The notes under the pieces were generated by a model, which was not told the DNA's origin, did not search any database, and was given only the letters and a program-made list of their open reading frames with translations. A program made the translations under genes and the position numbers. A stretch of DNA of 63,741 nt, filler included, from Intoshia linei (lineage: Eukaryota > Animalia > Orthonectida): the NCBI GenBank assembly GCA_001642005.1. It is 7 parts of 7 records of this genome, joined end to end, with 100 filler letters (N's around TTAATTAATTAA, not from the genome) between each part and the next. Parts side by side here need not be neighbours in the genome. Positions count along the whole stretch, not along the records: positions 1 to 29,267 come from LWCA01000387.1; positions 29,368 to 34,571 come from LWCA01001832.1; positions 34,672 to 44,801 come from LWCA01001358.1; 4 more parts are not named here. One strand, written 5' to 3'. Below, in pieces: positions 28,901 through 41,300 of the stretch (positions are counted from its first letter, which is position 1; each line of letters starts with the position of its first letter).

Positions 28901-29267
28901 TATTTAAATTAAAACTTTTAATATTCATTTGTATTAAATTATTATATAAGTTATCTTGTTATTATCATATCACTGAAAAGTCCCCTTTTATAGAACTATC
29001 AAGGCAAAATGACAGGGATTCTCAATCTGGAAAATATTTTAAAATTGGAGGGTTATTGATTTTAAGAATAGTTTTATTTTCAAATTTGTTTTATATTAAT
29101 GTACATTAGGGTGTCAAATTTTAAAAATTATTAGCTTTTGATAAAACTGTATTATATAATTATATATAAATTATTAACATAATATAAATCCTAACTTATA
29201 TAATAAGCTTCCCAATATTTGTTTATGTCTGAGTGTGTGTGTTCCACTTTATTTCAATAACTACCAG

Positions 29268-29367
29268 NNNNNNNNNNNNNNNNNNNNNNNNNNNNNNNNN
29301 NNNNNNNNNNNTTAATTAATTAANNNNNNNNNNNNNNNNNNNNNNNNNNNNNNNNNNNNNNNNNNNN
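29268..29367. other. Assembly gap spacer (also at 34572-34671, 44802-44901, 57958-58057, 61064-61163, 62311-62410)
   Basis: Identical 100-nt pattern N44-TTAATTAATTAA-N44 that places stops in all frames. Confidence 0.95.
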
Positions 29368-30249
29368 TGGTCGTACACATGATTGTTAAAAAATATTTTA
29401 TATTTCGAAATATGTGAAATCCGATCGGTGATAAAGCGTTTCTAATCAATTATATCAATAAAAACGACATAACTTTGTGAATCACCTAATATTATACTAT
29501 GTATTCACTATTATTAATCCTTTAAAGGAGTGGTTCCCAAATTTGTTTCAGTTATTTATTTTGTTACATTAGGCCAATGTTCGTTTTTACGAACATTTGT
29601 AAAATAGGTTGTATCTAATGAAATAATAATTATTGAAATTATTTTTCAGGAAGTATATACAATCGATTTGGCCTTTAAGATACATTATATCAAAAAAGTA
29701 AAAATAATTTAGATTCATATAAAAATTTAAAATTTATTTATGATAATTTTTTAATGTAAAGGTAAATGTTTGAAACGTTTTTAATTTGTCAAACGATAAA
29801 ATAAAAAAATATTGGTATTAATTGTATAAATCATACATGCATGAAAAATAGTCTTACATTTATNATTCATATAAAAATTTAAAATTTATTTATGATAATT
29901 TTTTAATGTAAAGGTAAATGTTTGAAACGTTTTTAATTTGTCAAACGATACTATAAAATAAAATAATAATTGTATAAATCATACATGCATGAAAAATAGT
30001 CTTCATTTATATAATTTATTTAAACTTTGAATTTAAACAATAAAAACTAAGTATTCGTAAAAACGAACACTGGCCGTTAATGGGTTAATATTTGCGTAAA
30101 TTATTTAAAAACAATAGTTTTCCCATTTTATAAATATATTTCAGGTGAATTTTACCAATATTGCAAAGGATTGTAATAATAATTGTAAATATAAAAATAA
30201 TAATAACAAAGTTGTATTACTTTTAGTAATTCGTTGTTGTAATTTTAAT

Positions 30250-30936
30250 TTAAATTTCTTATAAAATGTTTTGAAAACGAGAATGTGAAATTGAAAAATT
30301 GCGAAGGAATGAATTATATAGATTTTCACCCATATTTATTCATTAGAAATGTGTAGACGTTCAATACAAATTTTTTTTGAAATTGTAGGATGAATATTTA
30401 CTTTTTCAATTTTAATTTTAATCTTACATTTTAAAAATATTAGTTGATAATATATTAAAAATTATTTTTTACCGTGAATGCGTAGATTTCTGATTTGAAA
30501 TTTTGTATTTATATCAATTCGAATAAGTGCTATCAGAAAAATCTTTTTTTTAATTTTCGGAACGTTAATTATTTCACATTTTTTTGTACATATGTTAATG
30601 AAATATGTCGGAAAAAAAATATATGAATACTAAAATGCTGTTTTGACGGTGAAGGCATCACTTATTCAGATTGAAAATTTTTGTGTGTGTTAACAGGATA
30701 CAACTGTACCACTTGTAAATTTTTTTAAATTATAGTGCTGTTTTCATTAAAAAAAGGGTAATTTGGGTTTTTGACCAATAAAATGTGTTTGGGAGGTCAA
30801 AATTTATTTTTCTAACACCTCCAGAAAAAACTGTAATTGTAATGTGGACTTTATAAAACTCTGAGACTACTAGTTATTGAAATAAACGGCAAAACACACA
30901 AAACAAATATTGCATAGCATATTATATAAGTAAGGA
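30250..30936 (-). mobile_element. Helitron-like family A, 5' portion
   Basis: A|TCCTTACTTATATAATATGCTATGCAATATTTG 5' end at 30936; extensive similarity to 46160-46683 and 55520-55972. Confidence 0.7.
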
Positions 30937-31453
30937 TCAGTGATAAAATAATCACATTACAATGTGATAGAAGCATGTACTACAGGTATTTAGAATTTTA
31001 TTTCTTTAGTATAATTTATTTTGATAACTTGAACTTGGCTCAATAATTTTTATGAATTGATAATTTTTAATAACAGTTTTTACCCTGAACGAAGAATATG
31101 GTTTGTCCCTGCATTAAATTTTTTGTGGAACATCCCTAATAATTATACTACTGGATTTCAATATATAATATACAGATAATAATTTTATTATTGATATAGT
31201 TCTATGAACCCGTCAAGGTGTCAAGTTATCTATCAAGTGATATATCAAAGAGTGACATGTCATTAGTACTTGGCCTTTAGGCGGACATTTACTGACCGGG
31301 CACATCCCAGCTAATTACAAACTAACATTAACTTACTAATTTATATTAACATAATAGATTGATTGATAATACAGAATTGATTAGTAATGGTACTCAAAAA
31401 CATTCGTTTAGTTTAGTTATTTATTTTTAAAAAAAATTATAAAAACCAATTAG

Positions 31454-31627
31454 TTAAAACTTGAACTCTATACTTGGGACTGCTACAAAAATAATTTTGA
31501 TTAGTGATTTACCAGTATTTTCATTGTTTGACCAATTTGACATGTATCCAACAATTTTATCACACAACTTGTACGAACCATTCATCTTCCAATTTCCCCC
31601 AATCAAGGTTTTCCTGATAACTGACAT
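31454..31627 (-). pseudogene. TPI: Triosephosphate isomerase 5' fragment (first exon; remainder absent or in the gap)
   Basis: MSVIRKTLIGGNWKMNGSYK contains the TPI signature GGNWKMN. Phase-1 GT donor at 31512 after codon 38. Unspliced reading continues to IFVAVPSI then stops at 31454. Confidence 0.75.
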
Positions 31628-32201
31628 TGTTTAAGTTTAATATTACTTGTTGAAAATTTGTGTTGAATGTCAATCAATTTTAAAAAGATTTAGTTTGTAT
31701 GGTAATGTTTCAGTTTATTTATACAATATTGGTGAATGGATTAATTATGTAGATTTTATAGTATTGTACCGTAGCTCATTTGTAAATTAGTCTAAATATA
31801 ATTATTAGACTAAATAATGGAAAAATGTTATTGTGTTAGTCGGCTAAAAGAATTTATATCATGGGTTCTTAAAGCAGGATTTAAAACAATTATTTTTGAA
31901 ACTATTCCGTGACTCATCATGTTCCGTGTGGATCCTTTAGAAGGCTTGCTCCAATAGGTAATTGCGATCCTGACTGCAATAAGTAGGTTAAATAGAATAA
32001 TTAAAATTATTATTATTACAATTTGTATTAGCTAATTATAATATCGAAAATTAATGAAGGAATCGTTATTAATATAATTATTAATTCTAATTATTATCCA
32101 TACTTGCACTCCAAAAAAATAAACATAAAATCATAACCATGGATTAAATACCATCAAAATAAACAAACTTATTAGTTTTATTTTTTTTCAAAAAACTAAA
32201 C

Positions 32202-33742
32202 ATGCATGTAAAATCAGATGAATGGATTGAAAAATCTTTAATGTCGATTATAATTGATGGTTTAGACAAGTCAAAATTATCAGATGAAGCTGAAAAAATA
32301 TTACGAAAAAATGTAAATAAAAAAACCTCATTAATACTGCAAGAAGCAAAAAAATTGAGAATTAGAGCAAGAAGAAAAAAAATGATATCACAAGACATTA
32401 CCGACGCAATGAAATATTTAAATTTTGGCAATAATTTTGCACTATTCAAAGACACAAACACTCCATTCCTACACTCCAAACACGCAATATCAGACGACAA
32501 AGATAAACCCATTGAAGATTTCATAATCAATAAAAACATAAACATTCCTTGTGATTTGAATTTACAAAGTATTGTATTATTTAAATTCATAATGATTACT
32601 TTTAGGTTACTGGCTGTGTATAAAAGGAGTCTGTCCCAACATCCAGGAAAATGTAATTAATCAAGTTGATCAAATTGAAGAAACTGATGCAGTTGAGGTT
32701 CAGAAATTGACAAAAATTTCGTATTCAATTGAACAACAATTGTTTTACAAGGATTTGACTGAATCGTGTGTATGTGCAATTGAAAAGAAACGAACGGATG
32801 CATTATTGTGCATCCGAGAAGATCCATCGATAAAGTATATTTACCCAAGAATTGTCGTTTTTATTTGCGAGGGAATCAAACAAAATGTTAATTATCAAAA
32901 TTTACTCATAACCATTTACATTTTGAAAATGCTCGAGGAATTGTTACGCAATCCACATATACCACTGATTAAATATCTGCACGAGATAATACCAACGTTG
33001 ATTTCTTGCATTTTAGCTACTAGATTGACAAATGTGTTCACTGAAGTTAATAGTTGGATTACGAGAGAGTTTTATGCTCGATTGCTAGCTACAATAAGCA
33101 AAAAGTATTCAAATGGATCAAATAATATAAATTCCAGGATCATTCAAGTTCTCGTTTCAGATTTTTTATCTGAACCGGTATATAGCAAGTTTTTTGGTGT
33201 TGCTTCCTTTTTGTTTCATAATAATAGCTACGTAATTTTTTTTATTTATTTTAAAACATTTCAATTAAATTTAGATGGTCGACAATTTTATTTTGCCCAA
33301 TATTAAAACAATTTCTGATATTGCTAGAAACTACTATGATCAAATGTGTAGTAATGAGGAAATGACAGCAACAATTTATGCCAAACAAGTTAAATTTGGG
33401 CTTGGTAGAATTGCATTTATTCTTCACGTAAGTGTGCGAAAATTTAGTATAATATAATTTAGAATATGCTCAAGTCGTATATCAAAGGAAATTGCTTGTC
33501 TTGGGGTTTACATGAGTTTACGGAAAAATTTGGTCAATTAGGTTCAATGTTTTTTTACATGACCAAGGAGATGGAACCATTAAATGAACAAATTAATAAT
33601 TCTTCAACTTTGAAGGGAACTTTTGACTATGATTTATTGGAAATTATAAAAATGAATACAGTTAAATTCAAATTATACTTTCCGGTAAAATTTTCATTTG
33701 TCTATTTACAGTGTATAATTATTTATTCATTTATAGGAATAA
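32202..33742 (+). CDS. TAF6: TFIID subunit TAF6 (H4-like histone fold + HEAT-like TAF6C domain)
   Basis: ILQEAKKLRIRARRKKMISQDITDAM (histone fold); after a 37-nt intron YWLCIKGVCPNIQEN; SIEQQLFYKDLTESC, YLHEIIPTLISCI, WITREFYARLL. Short introns near 33232 and 33428; exact 3' end uncertain (33742 or 33762). Confidence 0.85.
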
Positions 33743-33791
33743 AACATGAAACCGTTTTTTGAAACGATATCATAATTACTTGTCGATGGTA

Positions 33792-34571
33792 CACTCCGTC
33801 CAATAATTATAACAACACTCATTTTGTTAATAACAATTATATTTGTAGATCAAAATTTATGAAAATTGGCATATTGGACATCCCACAATGTAAGGTTGTC
33901 ATATTAAAAAAAATAATTGAAAAAAAACAAAATTAACCAAAGTTTTTTAATAAAAACGTTAAAAATACAAAAACACGAGTGTCAATGAATTATAACAACA
34001 CAACTGTTTATTAATTATAATGACTATATATGCTACATGAATATTTCTTTTAATAATTAATTGACTTTCCTCCAACCTTTAATACTTCGATTGCACGATT
34101 TTTTACAGAATCTGATAGTTTTAAAAACGTTTCATCCAAAATGTCCTCCCATGAATCCATTACGGCTTTTGTCTATTCATTAATATTGTTATATTTGTAT
34201 TTGTATAATATGTTTGTTTATTTCCACCATAGAGACATCGCACCATTATACCCCAAATATTTTCTATAGGGTTGAAATCTGGAGACACAGCAGGCCAGTC
34301 CATAATATTAAAAAAATGATCATTTAAAAATAATTTTGTCGACCTAGATTTGTGACAACTCGCATTATCTTGTTGATAGATCAAATTTTTTCTTAAATTT
34401 TCGTTGTGAGGAAGGAGAGGTATGAGGTTATGCTCTATAACTGTTTGGTACTTGATAGAGTTTATATTACCATCTACTTTGATAACACATTTTATACCAC
34501 CACTTGATCGAACTACATCAAACGATCAGCAATATTTCTATACGATCTCCTGATGTTATTGTCATCATATG
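33792..34571 (-). mobile_element. Tc1-family transposon remnant (internally deleted) with right TIR
   Basis: YQQDNASCH...WPAVSPDFNPIENIW catalytic region; HTH remnant SYRNIADRL near 34550; terminus TA|CACTCCGTCC at 33792. Confidence 0.8.
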
Positions 34572-35489
34572 NNNNNNNNNNNNNNNNNNNNNNNNNNNNN
34601 NNNNNNNNNNNNNNNTTAATTAATTAANNNNNNNNNNNNNNNNNNNNNNNNNNNNNNNNNNNNNNNNNNNNTCAGAAATTGTAATAAAAAAATATTTTTT
34701 ATAATATATATGAAAAAATTGTAATAAATTCAGCAATACTTATTTTAACTGTTTATTAAAACAAAGTTCTTTAGGGGTAACAGGCTTCAAATAATTTAAC
34801 TAAATTTTTTAGTACATCGATGTTGGCTTTAATTTTTCTTTAAGGGTAAGTCTGTTCAACTTTTAAAAATTAACATGATCTGAGTTGAGATCGACGCAAG
34901 TCAGATTAGTTTTTATATTTTTTTTTTAAAAAAACAAAAAAATATGTACAAAAAAAACCTTTTCTTTAAATTTTTTATTATACGAAAATAAACAAGTATA
35001 AAATATTATCTTAAGTTATATTAAGTTATACTTATATTAAGTAATAAGTGGTAGCATAAAATGTAAAGAAAAAAAAAGTTGTTTACATTAAAGAGAAAAT
35101 ATTTTTTTTATAGTAGTTTATTAAAAATATGAGATTTTTAAACTCAAGAAGACCACTTTAGTTTTTATATACAAAATTAATTCTTATTTACAAAAAAGAT
35201 ATACTATTTAATGCTTAAACTAAAGAAAATATATACATATAATATCATTTATATCTATAAAGTTTGTTTAGAAAAACAAGCTTAATTAGTTTCTTAAAAG
35301 AAAATATGTAGGTATTTTTTGATGATATTTCACAATTTATTTTTTGTAAAAAAAGCCTAATTTTTAAAAAAAAAGAGGTTTTTTTCATTCATTTTGCAGT
35401 TTTGCTACTAAAACACCCTTTCTGCTGGCTAATTTATGTTTTTGGTCCTTTTACATCATTATTATTAAAATCTTATTATTAATTATTAG

Positions 35490-35625
35490 TTGGGAAGAAC
35501 GGTCTATGGACGTTGATGAATATCAAATTTTATATACGGACGATGCTAAACCATCCATATCCGAGGATGAGAGGCAACATATGCTAAGTTTTGTGGATAA
35601 ACTAATCGACGTAACGAAAAAGTAA
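35490..35625 (+). CDS. Probable terminal exon of an unidentified gene
   Basis: GC-richer island after a TTAG acceptor with open frame WEERSMDVDEYQILYTDDAKPSISEDERQHMLSFVDKLIDVTKK*. Confidence 0.4.
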
Positions 35626-35664
35626 GTAGAATTGAAACACTAATTGTGCTCACACTGGTATAGA

Positions 35665-36983
35665 TAATATTTTATTATTTTATTTTAATTTTTGGTATGA
35701 TTACCTTTCTGAGAGATAAAAACATTTTATTTCTTAATATAAAATTTAAAAATGACTACAAAATTAATAAATAAAATTAAAATTATTAATTTAAAAATAA
35801 AGATAAAAAATGTGTTTAGGGTGGCTATGTCGTGACAAAAAAATCTTATTAACGTTATTTCAAATTATTTTCAGTTTTATTAGTTAAAGCAATGTTTCCC
35901 AAATGATTTGGATGTGTATTAGTGTGTTAAACTTTTTTAAAAGTACTTTTTTGTACTCAGTACTTAGTTTTTTTCTCAGTACTTTTTTGTACTTTTACTG
36001 AGTTAAATAAAATTTGTACTGAATACTTTATAAAAAGTACTTTTTAAACTTTATTTAAATATTTTACTTAGATTTTAATTCTAATTTTTTTAATTAAATT
36101 GAATTTCNTCAAATGTATTTACTAAAAAAATAATAATAAATAATTAATTTAAATCGTACACTTTCAGGATACCAAGCATATCCTAGTGCTAATGCATCAG
36201 AATAGATACAAATTTTCTATATATCTCCAATATTTTTAGTTTCAATTTGAACAACGTATGTAGTGCCCGAATGGAATCCGCGATCTTTGTGTTTTTTTAA
36301 TGCTATTTTTTCTGACCTGGCATAGTGGTTACACTGTTTTTTACCATATAGATATAACCAAACGTTTGCTTTTGTATTTGTGTTAGTTTGCTTTACTGTG
36401 ACGAGTTGTAAATTCCATTTGTATTCTAAGTTTACACATAGTTATGATTTTGACGTGCGGATTTGTTTTAAAAGATTATTTGTCTGACAGTTAAGTCATT
36501 TTTATGTTACATTTTTTATTTTAAAATAAATAATAATAAATAATATTTTATTATTTTATTTTAATTTTTGGTATGATTACCTTTCTGAGAGATAAAAACA
36601 TTTTATTTCTTAATATAAAATTTAAAAATGACTACAAAATTAATAAATAAAATTAAAATTATTAATTTAAAAATAAAGATAAAAAATGTGTTTAGGGTGG
36701 CTATGTCGTGACAAAAAAATCTTATTAACGTTATTTCAAATTATTTTCAGTTTTATTAGTTAAAGCAATGTTTCCCAAATGATTTGGATGTGTATTAGTG
36801 TGTTAAACTTTTTTAAAAGTACTTTTTTGTACTCAGTACTTAGTTTTTTTCTCAGTACTTTTTTGTACTTTTACTGAGTTAAATAAAATTTGTACTGAAT
36901 ACTTTATAAAAAGTACTTTTTAAACTTTATTTAAATATTTTACTTAGATTTTAATTCTAATTTTTTTAATTAAATTGAATTTC
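35665..36983 (+). repeat. 443-bp direct repeat (35665-36107 and 36541-36983) plus a diverged partial third copy at ~37134-37327
   Basis: Direct comparison; single Ns at 36108 and 37133 suggest assembly junctions. Confidence 0.9.
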
Positions 36984-37670
36984 TTGTGAGATTATGCACT
37001 ATTAACGACGCAATAAAGAAAACATTTATTGCTATAAAATTTCTAAATTTATTTATTATACGAATAAATATATTTAAAATAAAAATTCAACAAAACACAT
37101 ATTAAAATTATCAGTAAGTTGACATACATAGTNTTTTAGGTATGATTACCTTTCTGAGAGATAAAAACATTTTATTTCTTAATATAAAATTTAAAAATGA
37201 CTACAAAAATAATTGAAATTAAAATTATTAATTTAAAAATAGAGATAAAAAATGTGTTTAGGATGGCTATGTCGTGACAAAAAAACCTTATTAACGTTGT
37301 TTCAAATTATTTTCAATCTTATTAGTTTCGTTTATTTATTAGTTTAGTTTTTTAAATGGAGATAAATTTTTATCACTATTATATTTTGTATTGTGACATT
37401 TTGAATGCTTACCAAGGCCTAAGGTTGAAGCTTCACTGCAGCATATCTTTTTTTCAAATTTTACAAACTGCTTTATCACCTTTAACTTTATATATTTTAT
37501 CCAAATATTGGATATTATTTATTTTTTAATTTGTTCAATTTTTTCTGAGCACAATCAGTAATTATAATACTCTAACTCAGTATCTAGCTCTCAAAATGTA
37601 TCGTTATTGGTAAATACTGTTTTAAACTTGAAACATTTTGAGACAGTAACATTGCATACATTAGCAAAAA
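35791..37670 (-). pseudogene. PLAT/LH2-domain gene with in-frame stops and a triplicated last exon
   Basis: Exon 36425-36160 reads WNLQLVTVKQTNTNTKANVWLYLYGK...GFHSGTTYVVQIETKNIGDI*KICIYSDALALGYAWYPES, matching the PLAT pattern TxANVxxxLYG..F..G......G....I......G..WY. Last exon IFLSRHSHPKHIFYLYF* occurs three times. Phase-compatible upstream exon 37670-37413 has 3 stops. Confidence 0.65.
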
Positions 37671-38349
37671 CTAAATAGATTCATGCAGTGCCGAACCTAC
37701 CGTACCCGAGACTCCTCCTCGTGCGAGCCTCGAAGAAATTTTTGTAAAATGGTGGCTTCATTTTTATCAAATAGCATTAAAAAATTATATTATTTAATAT
37801 CATGACTATTAGGGTGTTAACTTTCTCAACTTTTGTGAATTAAAAAAAATGTATATTTCTATACCTGGGTTTTTTGCTATACTGAACAAAATGGTGAAAA
37901 AACTGCACTGCATTAGACCCTAATGATTAGGGTGTCACATCTTTAATAAATTATGACAATTTAAAAGACGTATTAGTTTAAATTTAAATATCTGCATAGA
38001 ATACTCGACATTATACTCAAATTATAACTTTATTTTGTGTAACTCTTTTTTTATATATTTCCTAAGTTTTTATGGTTTTGCGCAAGGGTTACGTTAACAA
38101 TTGAAGTTTGATATTTTACATACTTGTAGAGAATACAAAATGAATTCGTACTGCAAAAAGACTTTTTTTCTAGCCAACTAGGTTAACAGTGTTAACTAAT
38201 CACCCTAATAATTATTTTGTGTGCAATATTTAAAATATCGAACCGAAAGCCTTAAAGAGGTGGATATGGTTATATGACTCTGAATTAACCATGCTCACCA
38301 AAAAAGTCTGGAAGTAAGCAAGGTTTGACTCTGTATATGTAATAAATAT

Positions 38350-41300
38350 TTATAATAAATTTGTTCCATTAAACATGACAAATATTCGTAAATTAAATTT
38401 AGGTTTAACTATGATGCAATTGATTAGATCCAATTTAACCTCTTCTTTTTTAAAAAAAAATTGATGTATAGGAGATTCGTTCAATTTTGATGTAAATTGA
38501 AATTGATTAATAATTGGATAAATAGTATCACTGGAATTATTGATAGATTGTGATAACACTGAATTTCCATCATTCAAACTATTTTTAAATAAATTTGATA
38601 CACTATTGTGGTAAATTTTGCTATTAATTGCTGGTAGTAGGATATATTGAATCAATAGATCATCATTTAATCTATTGTTTGATAATAATTCCAATTTGTA
38701 ATACAAATTGTTTACTTTTTTAACATAATTTCGTGGATCCATTACGTTTACTATTACTCTCCATTCCTCTTGTAAAAATTTAAATGTGTTGCTTTTATAA
38801 TATAATTTTGGAAAATATTCTTCTGTATAATTGGACGAAAATAATAAATCTAAAAATAAAATTTAAATTTAGTCAAATTTCAGAAAATAATCTTAAACAA
38901 GCAGCACACATTATAGTAAATTGTTAACATATAAGTTAATCTCAATTATCTGTTTAAACTTAAACGTAAATAAAATAAAACTTAAAATAAATAAAATGTA
39001 ACTTAAAGTTAACTTAACTGTTTAATTGACAGTTTCAATAATATGTAGTATACAATGTATGGCAGGGGTCGGCAACCAGTGGCCACAAAATAATTTTAAT
39101 GGCCATTTGAGTAAATATATACATTATTTATTTTTAACTTTTAAACATTGCTTTAAACATTGTTTTCTAAAGTTGGCTCATTATAATTATTTTAATAGTG
39201 AATTTTCAAATCGCCCTGGATCTCATTTTGCTGAATTTACTCGAACCCTTTCTTTTTAATTAAAATTGAAATTTATCATGTGTAAATTTTCAAAAACGAC
39301 ACCCGTAAAATATTTTGATATAAAAAACTTTTTGTTTTACATTGAAATGAATAATTATTCCCCCACCATAAAACAACTCATCATTTATAGCATCTCGAGA
39401 CTTAAATACACAACAATAAATAAGGTAAGTATGTTAATAGTATGTTAACCATAATGATTAACAATTTCGGAGGAAATAATCTTCATGACGTCCTTATATA
39501 AATTTTCATTTTTTTTATTCAGTTTTTCGTCTTTTTCCAACTCTTCTATTAAGCTAATTGCAGATTTAGACGGGAATTCACAATTGATTTTATGTTCTTC
39601 CATGAACACGTATTCACCTCTCCATTTGCAGGTAAGAAGTCGATAAGGACAATTTACAAGTCTAAAATTAACTGTCATATATAAGATTTAAATTACTAAA
39701 TTATAATATAATTATTATTTATAATTATAAACATTTTTATATTTAAAAAAATTAACGCAATATTTGTAACAAGGCACATGTGAATTTTTAGCGTATGTTT
39801 TGAGAAATAAACGTTTATGAAGGGTTCGTTAATTCGTAGTTTTGATTTACATTTTTTATTTAATATATACATTAGGGTTGTTCATTTTTTACAAAAATGG
39901 ATTTTTGTTGAAAATACCCTATACCACGCTAAAGAGTGTACTTAAAAACCCCTAAAAAATATATTTTTAGAAAAATTGACCATAAAAACATTAATCGGTT
40001 TTCCTTTTAACGGTTTTCGCGCGCTTTTCCCCCTTTTTCTTAATTAGCGCCAATGATTTTATTTTAAACGTGGATACGATTAATGTACGACCCACTAAGA
40101 CATATACCAAATTTGGAATAAAAAAATGAAATATTTAACCTCATAGGGCGTTTTTTCTATAAAAAGGGGTTTTTGTAATATTGGTGAATCTTAAAGATTT
40201 TAAAATTTATTTTAAGTGTGAAAATTTTTGTGTCATTATGAAATTTAGTTATTTACGTTTTAAATACATTTTAATGAAAAAAAGTAAAATAAATTATCTA
40301 GAAGCCGAGCTAAAAAATTGAACTGTGTTTATTCTAATCGATTAATTTTTATAAAAATTGTATAACGATATATAAAATGTGATGACGATTCGTGACAAAT
40401 GAGTGTAGTTTTTTTGTATTATTAGTTTCTACGTTTTAATTAATTAAAATCACAAAAAATAACGAAAATACTTTATCTTCAAAAAATAATAATTAATCAT
40501 GGAAACAATTATTATTAATGTTGAAATTCAAATTAATTTAAAATTGAAATGAATAATTCTGTTATTATAAAAGTGAAATTTTAGTTTATTAAATTAATTC
40601 ATCAATAATTATCTAACCTTTTGAAACCTCTTAATGTTAATTATCATTAACTGACCAAATAATAAAGCATTCATTTAATATTTTCATTTATGTGAATTGA
40701 GAAGATGTTTGGAGTATATAGAAAATTTTTAATTCGCGAAAATTTTTTATGTTTATAAGGGAGGTCGGGAACACAAAAAGGTTGAAAACCACTGGTATAA
40801 TATATGTAACGAAATGAATTATAATATTAAGTTAGTTACCGACTAAATGTTTAAAAATAAACATCACCTATTATATAGTATTTTAAAGTTATTAATTGAA
40901 TTCCGCTTAATGTTTTTTGAGAATTGAGAATTTTTAATAACGCCATATTATTTTTTACATATCAAAGCATACTCTCTGCTTATGTGCTAATTTTTTTTTG
41001 AACAGCCCTAATATACATGCATATAGTATGTATAAATGCTTAATAGGGATAACGGAATAATATTTTTTATTGATTTTAATTATTATTGTATATTCTTACC
41101 TTTTTTCACAAAAGTTATCCATGTGACTGTGTATCAAATTTTTTGAAAAAATTTTGAAACAGTATTTACATTTGCTGGGTAATTCAGATAAAATATTTTG
41201 GACAACTAGGTTGCGGGTAGAATTTTCTAAGGTTATCTAATTATAAAATTATACAATGTACATACAAAAAATATATTACATTAATTCGACATATTGGACA

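Noticed and set aside
29312-29323. Recurrent palindrome TTAATTAATTAA flanked by N runs (six times)
   Set aside because: Synthetic scaffolding linker, not biological.
29714-30012. ~150-bp tandem duplication
   Set aside because: Copies are separated by a single N (29864) and differ slightly; most likely an unmerged contig overlap or haplotype artefact.
31840-31990. GC-richer stretch with an Sm-like ATTTTTG and GGCTTGCTCC, reminiscent of U2/U12 snRNA
   Set aside because: Lacks the GTAGTA branch-pairing motif and the conserved 5' sequence; not supportable without a covariance-model search.
35940-36045. Short GTACTT repeats resembling a spaced array
   Set aside because: Irregular low-complexity subterminal repeats of a MITE in a eukaryotic genome; not CRISPR.
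36160-37670. Alternative genetic code as the explanation for in-frame stops in the PLAT locus
   Set aside because: All three stop types occur, and conserved genes in the window use TAA/TGA as terminators with no internal stops.
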